Positions 29,103-35,854 of a stretch of 42,344 bases of DNA are shown piece after piece (position 1 is the stretch's first letter; every line of letters starts with the position of its first letter). Source of the DNA: Patescibacteria group bacterium (GTDB lineage Bacteria; Patescibacteriota; Microgenomatia; UBA8517); contig DATDSD010000048.1 in NCBI GenBank assembly GCA_035291405.1, forward strand, positions 1 through 42,344, given 5' to 3'. The notes beneath the pieces are model-generated. The model was not told where the DNA came from and did no database searches. It worked only from the letters and a program-made list of their open reading frames with translations. Made by a program: the position numbers and the translations under genes.

Positions 29103-30224
29103 TTACTTCTTCTTCCAAATCACCTTGGTATACATAAAATAATTGTAAGGAAGAACCATGAATAAAACGATGAAAGCCAAAACCAGAAAATCATATTTTG
29201 CCCCTACCAGTTTTGTACCGATTGGTCCTGCAATTGATTGAATGATTAAAGCTCCGGCAGAAGTTAAATTAAACTGCAAAAACTTCAAAATTGTAGCTTT
29301 CAGTCCTCTTATCTCAGAATCTTTAAAAGTCCAAATATTATTAAATACATAGTTATTAATAATTGCAAGTTCAGTTGCAAACAACCAAACAAAAAGTTCC
29401 GAAAGACCAAGATATCTAAAAAGTCTTAAAAAGACAAAATTTACAACAAACCCGGTTCCTCCCACAATTCCAAATTTTATAAACTTCTGTTTATCTTTAA
29501 TTCCTAAAACGATAACTGTTAAATAACTTACTATTAACTCTTTAATGTTGAATTTTGATTTTTCTTTACTTCTTGGTGCAAACTCCAATGGAACCTCCTT
29601 AACATTTTTTGCATTTTTATATGATTGGTATAAAAGGTCAATTTTATAAGCGAACCTATCCAAGTGCATTAATTTTTCAAGCTCTATTTTATCTAACACC
29701 CCTTTAACTTTAGTAAGCCTAAAGCCTGTTGTCATGTCGTGAATTGAGAATTTGGTTAAAACAACTCGTGCAAACAAATTACCAAAATAACTCATCATCT
29801 TGCGAGGGATTGCCCATTCTTTTGGAATCGAACCACCTGGAATGTAACGACTCCCTATAACATAGTCTGCCCCGTTTAGATAAGCTTCCACCATGGGCTT
29901 AACAAATCTTGGAGGATGTTGAAAATCAGCATCCATTTCCATAACAGCATCAGCCTTTAAGTTGCTAACTGCATATTGAAAACCCCTAACATAGGCCCAA
30001 CCAAGGCCTGATTTATCTCCTTGTTGTATAAAATGAAGGTTCTTTCTTGTTTTTGAAGCCTCCTCTACAATTTTTTGAGTATCGTCCTTTGAGTTGTTAT
30101 CAACAATTAAAAGATGCATATCTGCATTAATTTTAGGAAGCTCATTATCATAGAGTTCCTCAATCATCTTTTTAATGTTTTCAGCTTCGTTCCAAGCAGG
30201 CATAACAATTACTACTTTATCCAT
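29103..30224 (-). CDS. polyprenyl-phosphate mannose/hexose synthase (GT2) fused to a C-terminal GtrA-like 4-TM domain
   Basis: 373 aa. VVIVMPAWNEAENI...IVDNNSKDDT...MEMDADFQHPP (Dpm1/Ppm signature). C-terminal KFGIVGGTGFVVNFVFLRLF...INNYVFNNIWTF (GtrA family). Confidence 0.75.
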   Translation of the reverse strand: MDKVVIVMPAWNEAENIKKMIEELYDNELPKINADMHLLIVDNNSKDDTQKIVEEASKTRKNLHFIQQGDKSGLGWAYVRGFQYAVSNLKADAVMEMDADFQHPPRFVKPMVEAYLNGADYVIGSRYIPGGSIPKEWAIPRKMMSYFGNLFARVVLTKFSIHDMTTGFRLTKVKGVLDKIELEKLMHLDRFAYKIDLLYQSYKNAKNVKEVPLEFAPRSKEKSKFNIKELIVSYLTVIVLGIKDKQKFIKFGIVGGTGFVVNFVFLRLFRYLGLSELFVWLFATELAIINNYVFNNIWTFKDSEIRGLKATILKFLQFNLTSAGALIIQSIAGPIGTKLVGAKYDFLVLAFIVLFMVLPYNYFMYTKVIWKKK

Positions 30225-30266
30225 ACAGATTAACTTTACAATGATTTAAGGGTAAAATACAAGGAT

Positions 30267-30923
30267 ATGTTGAAAATTGATATCCTTACACTTTTTCCTA
30301 AGATGTTTGTTGGACCTTTAACTGAGTCAATCATGTGGAGAGCCCAAGACAAGAAGTTTATAAACTTAAATATTGTTGATCTTAGACAATTTGGAATAGA
30401 CGAAAGAAAAACAGTTGATGATAGACCATATGGCGGCGGGGCAGGAATGATTATTCGGGTCGATGTTATTAATAAAGCCTTAAAATCAATTAAAGTTAAA
30501 CCCAAAACAAAAGGGGTGAAAATTGTAATGACTGATGCCGGCGGGGAAAAGTTCACACAAGAAAAAGCAAATGAATTTTCAAAACTCAAAAGACTTGTCG
30601 TAATTTGTGGACATTACGAGGGAATTGATCATAGGGTTCATGAGAATTTAGTAGATGAAATAATTTCAATAGGTGATTATGTTTTAACAGGTGGTGAAAT
30701 CCCTGCAATGGTTATTATTGATACGGTAACAAGACTTATTCCAAATGTAATTAAACCAGAATCCCTCTTAGAAGAGTCTCATTCAGATATCAAAAGTGAA
30801 TATCCACAATATACAAGACCACCTATTTATAAACCCTCACTCTTTGGCAAAACTTGGAAAGTACCTGAAATACTTCTTTCTGGAAATCACAAAAAAATTG
30901 ATAAATGGAGAAAAACACGATAG
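30267..30923 (+). CDS. trmD: tRNA (guanine37-N1)-methyltransferase
   Basis: 218 aa. IDILTLFPKMF...DDRPYGGGAGM...VICGHYEGIDHRV...ISIGDYVLTGGEIPAMVIIDTVTRLIPNV...YPQYTRP. Confidence 0.95.
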   Translation: MLKIDILTLFPKMFVGPLTESIMWRAQDKKFINLNIVDLRQFGIDERKTVDDRPYGGGAGMIIRVDVINKALKSIKVKPKTKGVKIVMTDAGGEKFTQEKANEFSKLKRLVVICGHYEGIDHRVHENLVDEIISIGDYVLTGGEIPAMVIIDTVTRLIPNVIKPESLLEESHSDIKSEYPQYTRPPIYKPSLFGKTWKVPEILLSGNHKKIDKWRKTR

Positions 30924-30935
30924 AATACGCACATT

Positions 30936-31175
30936 ATGGCAAAAGAAGATGATTGTTTCACTTGTGCCTTAGTAGAATTTAATAAGGTAGCTGATGGTAA
31001 TGAAGGATGTGTTGGTAAAGTTATCTGCATAAAAAAACCGGGAGAACCCACCAGACGTACTATTCAAGCAACAGCAGATAAAAAAGAGCCATTTATGCAT
31101 TGTTCAAGAGTTGAAGGTATTGACTGTCCAGTGAGTAGTGAGGAAGACGAAGTTATATACAATTTAAAAAACTAA
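30936..31175 (+). CDS. hypothetical small Cys-rich protein
   Basis: 79 aa, 6 Cys (CFTC...C...C...C...C) and an acidic C-terminus. Starts 12 nt after trmD. TAGAAT (30921-30926) lies 9 nt upstream of the ATG. Confidence 0.35.
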   Translation: MAKEDDCFTCALVEFNKVADGNEGCVGKVICIKKPGEPTRRTIQATADKKEPFMHCSRVEGIDCPVSSEEDEVIYNLKN

Positions 31176-32065
31176 AGTTTATCTACAAAATCATCAACCA
31201 TTTCTTTCCAACTTCTAAGTTTCATCTCCAACCTAAGTTGTGTTTTTTCAGTTTTTAGTCCTCCAAGTCTTGGTCTTGGAGTTCTACCTTCTGCTTTTAA
31301 AAACTCTTCCATGGATCCTTTTTGAACCACACCTTCTATATTTCTTGCTCTTTTAAGTAAATATTCAACAAAATCAAATGGGGTAGCAACGTCACTTGAA
31401 ACAATATGAAAAATACCTTCCAATTCTTCTTCCAATATTTTTGAAAGTGGATTAATAAGATCTTCTAAATATAAGGGTGTAAATGTTTGATCAGTAAATA
31501 TTGGAAACAATTTTCCTTCATCAAACAGTTTCAAATAGTTTTTTGCAAAATCTAATTTTAAATCATATTTAGCTGAAGAAAATGGATATGCAATTCTAAC
31601 TATCGCATATCTTGACTCAGATTCTGAAACAAATTTTTCCGCCCTGTTTTTGGTCCAACCATACCATCCTATTCCATCCATAATTTCAGGAATATTAGCT
31701 TCCTCATCATATGGTCCTGAATCTTCATTATTACCGGTAAATACAAAGTCTGTAGAAATTTGGACAAGAAATCTATCATATTGTTTACAAGCTTCAGATA
31801 AATACTTTGGTCCAAAAGCATTTAAATTCCAAGTTAAACCACTCTCGTTTCCTCTTTCTTTTTCAGCACCGTCTACATTAGTAACAGCAGCAAAATTTAG
31901 GATAGTATCAAATAAATTATCTTTAAAATATTTGTTAACTGCGTTTTTATCTGTAATGTCCAAAATTTTTTCATCAACTGCGATAATCTCCAACTTATCT
32001 TTGGCTAATTCCACAAATCTTGAACCAACTAGACCTGAAGCTCCAATCACTAATATTTTTTTCAT
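31172..32065 (-). CDS. rfbD: dTDP-4-dehydrorhamnose reductase (RmlD-type)
   Basis: 297 aa. KILVIGASGLVGSRF...ILNFAAVTNVDGAE...ISTDFVFTGN...PYDE...YGWTKNRAEKF (YxxxK). Confidence 0.8.
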   Translation of the reverse strand: MKKILVIGASGLVGSRFVELAKDKLEIIAVDEKILDITDKNAVNKYFKDNLFDTILNFAAVTNVDGAEKERGNESGLTWNLNAFGPKYLSEACKQYDRFLVQISTDFVFTGNNEDSGPYDEEANIPEIMDGIGWYGWTKNRAEKFVSESESRYAIVRIAYPFSSAKYDLKLDFAKNYLKLFDEGKLFPIFTDQTFTPLYLEDLINPLSKILEEELEGIFHIVSSDVATPFDFVEYLLKRARNIEGVVQKGSMEEFLKAEGRTPRPRLGGLKTEKTQLRLEMKLRSWKEMVDDFVDKL

Positions 32066-32640
32066 TTGAATTTATCAGGAAAGAGTTCTCTTAATTTTGG
32101 GTTTTTCATATCTCTTTCAGAAAGAATTGGATTATTAATAGGCCATTTAATAGCAAGGTCTGGATCATCCCATGCAACACCTCGAGCTTTACTATCATCC
32201 CAATATTCATCTATAAGATAAAAATAGTGCATCATTTCAGTTCCCAATGTGCATATGGAGTTTCCAATTCCTCCACTAGGCAAAAATAATGCCTGTCTTG
32301 GAGAATCTTTTTTGGTGTTGTCAATTGTAATGTATTCTACTTTTCCAAATGTTTTTGAACCTGGTCTCAAATCACAAATTGGAGCATATAATATACCGGT
32401 TATTGGGTAGATTAATTTGTTCCAGTCCTCAGAGTGGACTGCTTTAATGACACCAGGTTTAATATAAGCATGAGTCCATTGAACCGGATTAAATTCAATT
32501 CCCGTTGCAACTTTTAATTCTTCTTTATTATATGGTTCATGAAGAAATCCTCTTGCGTCTCCCAATATTGGCCTTTGAATTAAGACGACACCTTCAATTG
32601 AAGTTTTGATTATATGTTTCTCCGGGTCAAACCTCATCAT
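32062..32640 (-). CDS. rfbC: dTDP-4-dehydrorhamnose 3,5-epimerase (RmlC-type cupin)
   Basis: 192 aa. GDARGFLHEPY...HYFYLIDEYWDD...WDDPDLAIKWP. 4-nt overlap with rfbD. Confidence 0.8.
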   Translation of the reverse strand: MMRFDPEKHIIKTSIEGVVLIQRPILGDARGFLHEPYNKEELKVATGIEFNPVQWTHAYIKPGVIKAVHSEDWNKLIYPITGILYAPICDLRPGSKTFGKVEYITIDNTKKDSPRQALFLPSGGIGNSICTLGTEMMHYFYLIDEYWDDSKARGVAWDDPDLAIKWPINNPILSERDMKNPKLRELFPDKFK

Positions 32641-32677
32641 ATGTGTAAATTGATTCTAGTTTAAAAAGCTATCAATT

Positions 32678-33208
32678 TCAATTGGAATCTTTAACTTTTT
32701 GTAACAATTCTTGATAATATCTTTTTGTCTCATCGGTTCCTTCTTTAGGTGCCCAAGATGCAAAAGATTTATCGTCTTCACTGCGATATCCGCTAGGTTG
32801 TTTTTTGGATTCCAACAACACAACATCTTCTTCACATACCACAGTATGCATTTGCCCAGACTTGATGACAATAATTTTCCTTCCGTCTTCCCTATCTGAA
32901 AGTTTGACAATTCTGGTTATTTCACCTAACTCATCAAAAAAAACAACATTTGCCTCACCTTTTAAAATTCTAAAGATCTCTGTCTTACCTTCTTCTTTAT
33001 GTACATGAGGTTGAACATAATTATTTGCAACAATTGCATTTATAAACAAGTGTTGTCTATCTTCATCTCTTTCATGAATTCTAAAATTATATCTACCTTT
33101 TTTACTTATCTTTGCTTTTTCTAACGCTAAAGAAATTGTTTGAGGATCAAAATAATCACTAGATTTAGTATATTTTGTTAAACGATCTGAATCCTGCCCA
33201 TGTTCCAT
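32678..33208 (-). CDS. WbuC-family cupin
   Basis: 176 aa. GRYNFRIHE...QHLFINAIVANNYVQPHVH...TEIFRILKGEANVVFFDELGEI, a pattern I recognise from WbuC cupin proteins of O-antigen clusters. Confidence 0.55.
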   Translation of the reverse strand: MEHGQDSDRLTKYTKSSDYFDPQTISLALEKAKISKKGRYNFRIHERDEDRQHLFINAIVANNYVQPHVHKEEGKTEIFRILKGEANVVFFDELGEITRIVKLSDREDGRKIIVIKSGQMHTVVCEEDVVLLESKKQPSGYRSEDDKSFASWAPKEGTDETKRYYQELLQKVKDSN

Positions 33209-33210
33209 GT

Positions 33211-34059
33211 TTATTTATATTTAAATGTAGACTTTAAAATGTCTTCAGCTACATTTTTATTCTTCGCCGTTATTAAAAACAATTTTTCATCTTGCCCCCA
33301 AGTTTTAAAATCATAACTTCCGATGAAATTTCCATTTTTATCCACCATTACACCTCCTAATGTCGTATTCATTAAATATAAAATCGGTTGTTCCAAATTA
33401 CCTTTTCTTGTTACTTCAATTAATCCACAATATTTATTGTCTGTGCAAATTGAAAAAATTGACCAAGCTGTAGAACCGGTCATTACCCATGGCTTATCAC
33501 CATAAACAGTTAATTCTTCTGGAAAATATTTATTGGCCAACATCTTAGAATCACTAAATTTTTCATCTACTACAAAATTTTTTAATTTTTCAAAATTTTT
33601 TGTTTTTACATCATATACATATACCCCATCGTTTTTAATCGTTATTATAATTTTTGCTTCTTCCATCATGGCAAGACCGGAAATTATAAAGTCGTCATAT
33701 TTTGGATTATTAACTTTTGCTACAGCAATCATAGTTCCATATCCAAACTCGGATTTTGCAAGATAATTACTACTTCCATCTAGTCCATCAAAAACAGAAA
33801 AAATTTGCCCTTCTCCTTCACCTATTTCTCCTTCACCTATTTCTTCACCTTTATAAATTAACTTAGTTTTTGATTCTTTCGAATAATTTTTAAGTGATGC
33901 CAAAAGAATTTCTTCGGCTTCAACGTCAGCCCTCATGGCCATGTCTCCAAATCTATTTTGTTTATCTTTTAATTTTCCTTTTTCACCTAATTTAAGATGG
34001 TTATCATAAACTTTTAATAAACCGTCAAATATAATTTGTTGAAGAGGATCAAATTTCAT
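33211..34059 (-). CDS. IMPase/FBPase-superfamily sugar phosphatase
   Basis: 282 aa. The metal/phosphate motif VFDGLDGSSNY matches DP(I/L)DG(S/T)xN, and an upstream EAEE acidic motif is present. Contains an in-frame EIGEG duplication. Confidence 0.55.
   Translation of the reverse strand: MKFDPLQQIIFDGLLKVYDNHLKLGEKGKLKDKQNRFGDMAMRADVEAEEILLASLKNYSKESKTKLIYKGEEIGEGEIGEGEGQIFSVFDGLDGSSNYLAKSEFGYGTMIAVAKVNNPKYDDFIISGLAMMEEAKIIITIKNDGVYVYDVKTKNFEKLKNFVVDEKFSDSKMLANKYFPEELTVYGDKPWVMTGSTAWSIFSICTDNKYCGLIEVTRKGNLEQPILYLMNTTLGGVMVDKNGNFIGSYDFKTWGQDEKLFLITAKNKNVAEDILKSTFKYK
33813..33850. repeat. 15-bp in-frame tandem duplication (2.5 copies)
   Basis: ctccttcacctattt occurs twice, plus a partial copy. 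It encodes EIGEGEIGEGE in the IMPase-like protein. Confidence 0.8.
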
Positions 34060-34062
34060 AAA

Positions 34063-34818
34063 TTAGAAAAGTAAGGCTAGGGCAGACAATGTATATCCAT
34101 CTTTAAATTCATATATTTTTCCATCTGAATCTTTATATTCCTGTTTTTTGATAATTTCTTTTAATTCTTCATTATCAACAATCAAGAGTCCCTTAATAGC
34201 CTCTGTTGCTTCCCTTTCCGGTTTTCCTGTAATTTCAATTACTGCCTTATAAATCTCAACCCTTGAAGATAAAACTGCAGAATCTGGAAAAACTTCACCA
34301 ATTTTTTGTGGATCTCCAATCATTTCAGCTCCCATTTCTTCTGAAAGTTCATTCTTAACAGTTTTTAAGAGGCTGTTTCCTAAATCCTTTCCACCCCTTG
34401 GAAATTCAATACACCAATTTTTTGTAGCATTACGATAGTTTTTCAAAAAAATTAATTTTCCATCTGTAGTAAATGGAGCAATTACAACACCAGCAAATCC
34501 AGATTCTAAACTTCCCCAAGAAATCCATCTATTAAAGGTTGTATAACTTCCATCAGGCAATCTTAAAGGTTCATGCACAGAAAGTCCCCATCTGTTTTCA
34601 TCAAAAATTCCTATTTGAGCTCTCTTTCTGGCGTCTTCTAAAGAAGCTCCGGATTTAAACATTCTTTCCGCAGCACCTTCTTCACACTGGGGAAACAAAT
34701 TAATATCAAAAATCATTTCAATTTCACCTTTTGTGTAATCACCAACATAACCTAAATGGGATTTATATTTTTCTACGAAGTCTAAATATTCTTTGTATCT
34801 TTCTTCTGAAAATTTCAT
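34063..34818 (-). CDS. Nudix hydrolase with N-terminal extension
   Basis: 251 aa. Near-canonical Nudix box G-GKDLG-N-SLLKTVK-NELSEEMGA (Gx5Ex7REUxEExGU with E->N and R->N; the EUxEExGU core is kept). Confidence 0.6.
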   Translation of the reverse strand: MKFSEERYKEYLDFVEKYKSHLGYVGDYTKGEIEMIFDINLFPQCEEGAAERMFKSGASLEDARKRAQIGIFDENRWGLSVHEPLRLPDGSYTTFNRWISWGSLESGFAGVVIAPFTTDGKLIFLKNYRNATKNWCIEFPRGGKDLGNSLLKTVKNELSEEMGAEMIGDPQKIGEVFPDSAVLSSRVEIYKAVIEITGKPEREATEAIKGLLIVDNEELKEIIKKQEYKDSDGKIYEFKDGYTLSALALLF

Positions 34819-34826
34819 ATGAAGTT

Positions 34827-34835
34827 ATTCTAACA
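34827..34835 (-). promoter_or_regulatory. extended -10 TGTTAGAAT, 8 nt upstream of ATG 34818
   Basis: Minus strand: TGTTAGAAT AACTTCAT ATG. Confidence 0.45.
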
Positions 34836-34850
34836 TAAAAAATGTCTTTC

Positions 34851-34912
34851 TTGCCGTGCGGTTGATTTTAAAAAATTAAATTAATAATTTTTTTATCATA
34901 CCGCACAGGCAA
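34851..34912. other. long-loop hairpin at the left island boundary (possible terminator/insulator)
   Basis: TTGCCGTGCGGT (34851-34862) pairs with ACCGCACAGGCAA (34900-34912), with one bulged A. The 37-nt loop (34863-34899) is 100% A/T. Confidence 0.35.
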
Positions 34913-35208
34913 AACTCCTTGACACCCAGTCACCTCTTTATTACAACAGCGCAGAACGCTATTGGTTTACGGAAGTGGCTAGGAGCCAGAAGTAATAATC
35001 ATTTAGGGTTTTTTTGGATCATTTTTCGCTCTTGGTTGAGCGGAAGGAGAACCCATTAACCTTTCCTTAAGGACTCTCATTTTGCCTTGTAGCAAAGACA
35101 AAAATCTTTAGCTGGGATGAAAGATAGGTGCATGGCCATTAGCATCCATCCTTTGACAATGATGAATCGAGAGTTTCCTTAACAGGGAGTTAGGAACTTA
35201 ACTCTTGG
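34913..35208. ncRNA. candidate structured non-coding RNA or long structured 3' UTR (strand unresolved)
   Basis: ~300 nt, about 45% G+C, with no ORF of 60 aa or more on either strand. Several local hairpins and one long-range helix are listed in the findings. TTGACA at 34919-34924 faces into it on the + strand. Confidence 0.25.
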
Positions 35209-35784
35209 TTAGTCGAACAATCCCACCATAAACGCCTTGCCGATCACTGACTGACCCATCTGGTCGCGATGTTTTGCGAAAGTTTTGAACTTCATCCAGA
35301 AGGGTTTACCAGCAAGGTTAGGAAGGCTGTCCGCTTTCCGAATTACGGCGATTTCATGAACAATTCCGTCGCCGCCAATGACACGGGCAGTATTTGAGTC
35401 TCCTCGGCCCAGGGATACAATTTCAACTTCAACACCTTCGGGTAAATCCGGAAGGTCTTTTTTGTTGTCCCAGGACTTCCTAGAAACTTCAACACGTGGC
35501 CCAGTGTGCCGTTGGTTCCGCTGTACTGCAACGTACCAAACACCCTTATACTTTGCTACCAAGGGTCGGATTAGACCAATGGTGCCATCCGGTTTCTCTA
35601 CCTCTTTAATAAGGGGTTGAAATACCGGGAGATCGGGATGACGACGCTCAGCTGGCTCAAACGAATAGAGCGTCTCTTGCCCTGTTTCTGAGTCGATGTG
35701 GAAAAACCTGAAGGTATCACCCTCATATTCTTCATAGACCCAACCGCCAGGGTAAACTTTACGGTGAACTACTTTCTTAAGCAT
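35209..35784 (-). CDS. hypothetical protein, Nudix-fold-like without a Nudix box (GC-rich, probably xenologous)
   Basis: 191 aa. By eye it aligns to the C-terminal domain of the rmlB fusion: YKGVWYVAVQRNQRHTGPRVEVS vs RKGEITHLATQREQKFPTGSVEYT, and EIVSLGR vs QIISLGR. The Nudix helix is absent. It has its own promoter and an AGGAG SD. Confidence 0.6.
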   Translation of the reverse strand: MLKKVVHRKVYPGGWVYEEYEGDTFRFFHIDSETGQETLYSFEPAERRHPDLPVFQPLIKEVEKPDGTIGLIRPLVAKYKGVWYVAVQRNQRHTGPRVEVSRKSWDNKKDLPDLPEGVEVEIVSLGRGDSNTARVIGGDGIVHEIAVIRKADSLPNLAGKPFWMKFKTFAKHRDQMGQSVIGKAFMVGLFD

Positions 35785-35790
35785 TGTACT

Positions 35791-35795
35791 CTCCT
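35791..35795 (-). promoter_or_regulatory. Shine-Dalgarno AGGAG, 6 nt upstream of ATG 35784
   Basis: Minus strand reads ...TTTAACAGGAGAGTACAATG. Confidence 0.6.
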
Positions 35796-35823
35796 GTTAA
35801 AGAGCGCAGATGATCCAGCCTGC

Positions 35824-35851
35824 ATTTTACCATTTTGAATCTAAAAGTCAA
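35824..35851 (-). promoter_or_regulatory. sigma70-type promoter of the island gene
   Basis: Minus strand: TTGACT (35851-35846), 16-nt spacer, TGG-TAAAAT (35832-35824). The -35 box begins 4 nt after the rmlB-fusion stop. Confidence 0.55.
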
Positions 35852-35854
35852 GAA

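Larger units (their letters stand above)
34851..35851. other. ~1-kb GC-rich island (compositionally foreign segment)
   Basis: Hand counts: 29/60 G+C at 34921-34980 and 32/60 at 35221-35280, against 16/60 at 34741-34800 and 19/60 at 35861-35920. Confidence 0.7.

Noticed and set aside
30230-30258. TTAACT-17 nt-TAAAAT as a full -35/-10 promoter for trmD, with AAGGA as an SD
   Set aside because: The -35 box is weak (4/6). Transcription from this -10 box would start at or after the AAGGA, which in any case lies only 1 nt from the ATG. I keep only the -10 box as part of the leaderless pattern.
32656-32910. 84-aa minus-strand ORF overlapping the 3' part of the WbuC-like gene in another frame
   Set aside because: It has no motif, it would leave only the 32678-33208 frame with the cupin pattern, and it has no independent start context.
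33813-33850. 15-bp tandem duplication as a possible phase-variable tract
   Set aside because: Only 2.5 copies, and it is in-frame (a 5-aa EIGEG unit). Slippage would not switch the gene off, so this is probably a neutral loop expansion.
35027-35066. GGAA-containing hairpin (TTGAGCGGAAGGAGAACC) reminiscent of the SRP RNA helix 8 GNAR loop; also AGCGCAGAAC (34948-34957) reminiscent of the glmS ribozyme 5' core
   Set aside because: Only short local resemblance. The flanking conserved elements of SRP RNA (symmetric/asymmetric loops) and glmS (P2 pseudoknot, GACGAGG core) are not present, and the genomic context does not fit glmS.
35195-35225. GTTCGA element (GGATTGTTCGACTAA on the minus strand) as a possible tRNA T-arm
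   Set aside because: It is the coding 3' end of the 191-aa ORF (...VGLFD*). No acceptor or anticodon stems can be drawn around it.
35343-35620. 66-aa (-) and 80-aa (+) ORFs inside the GC-rich gene
   Set aside because: They are nested in or antisense to the 191-aa ORF, which alone has a promoter, SD and similarity to neighbouring domains. GC-rich DNA readily yields such open frames.
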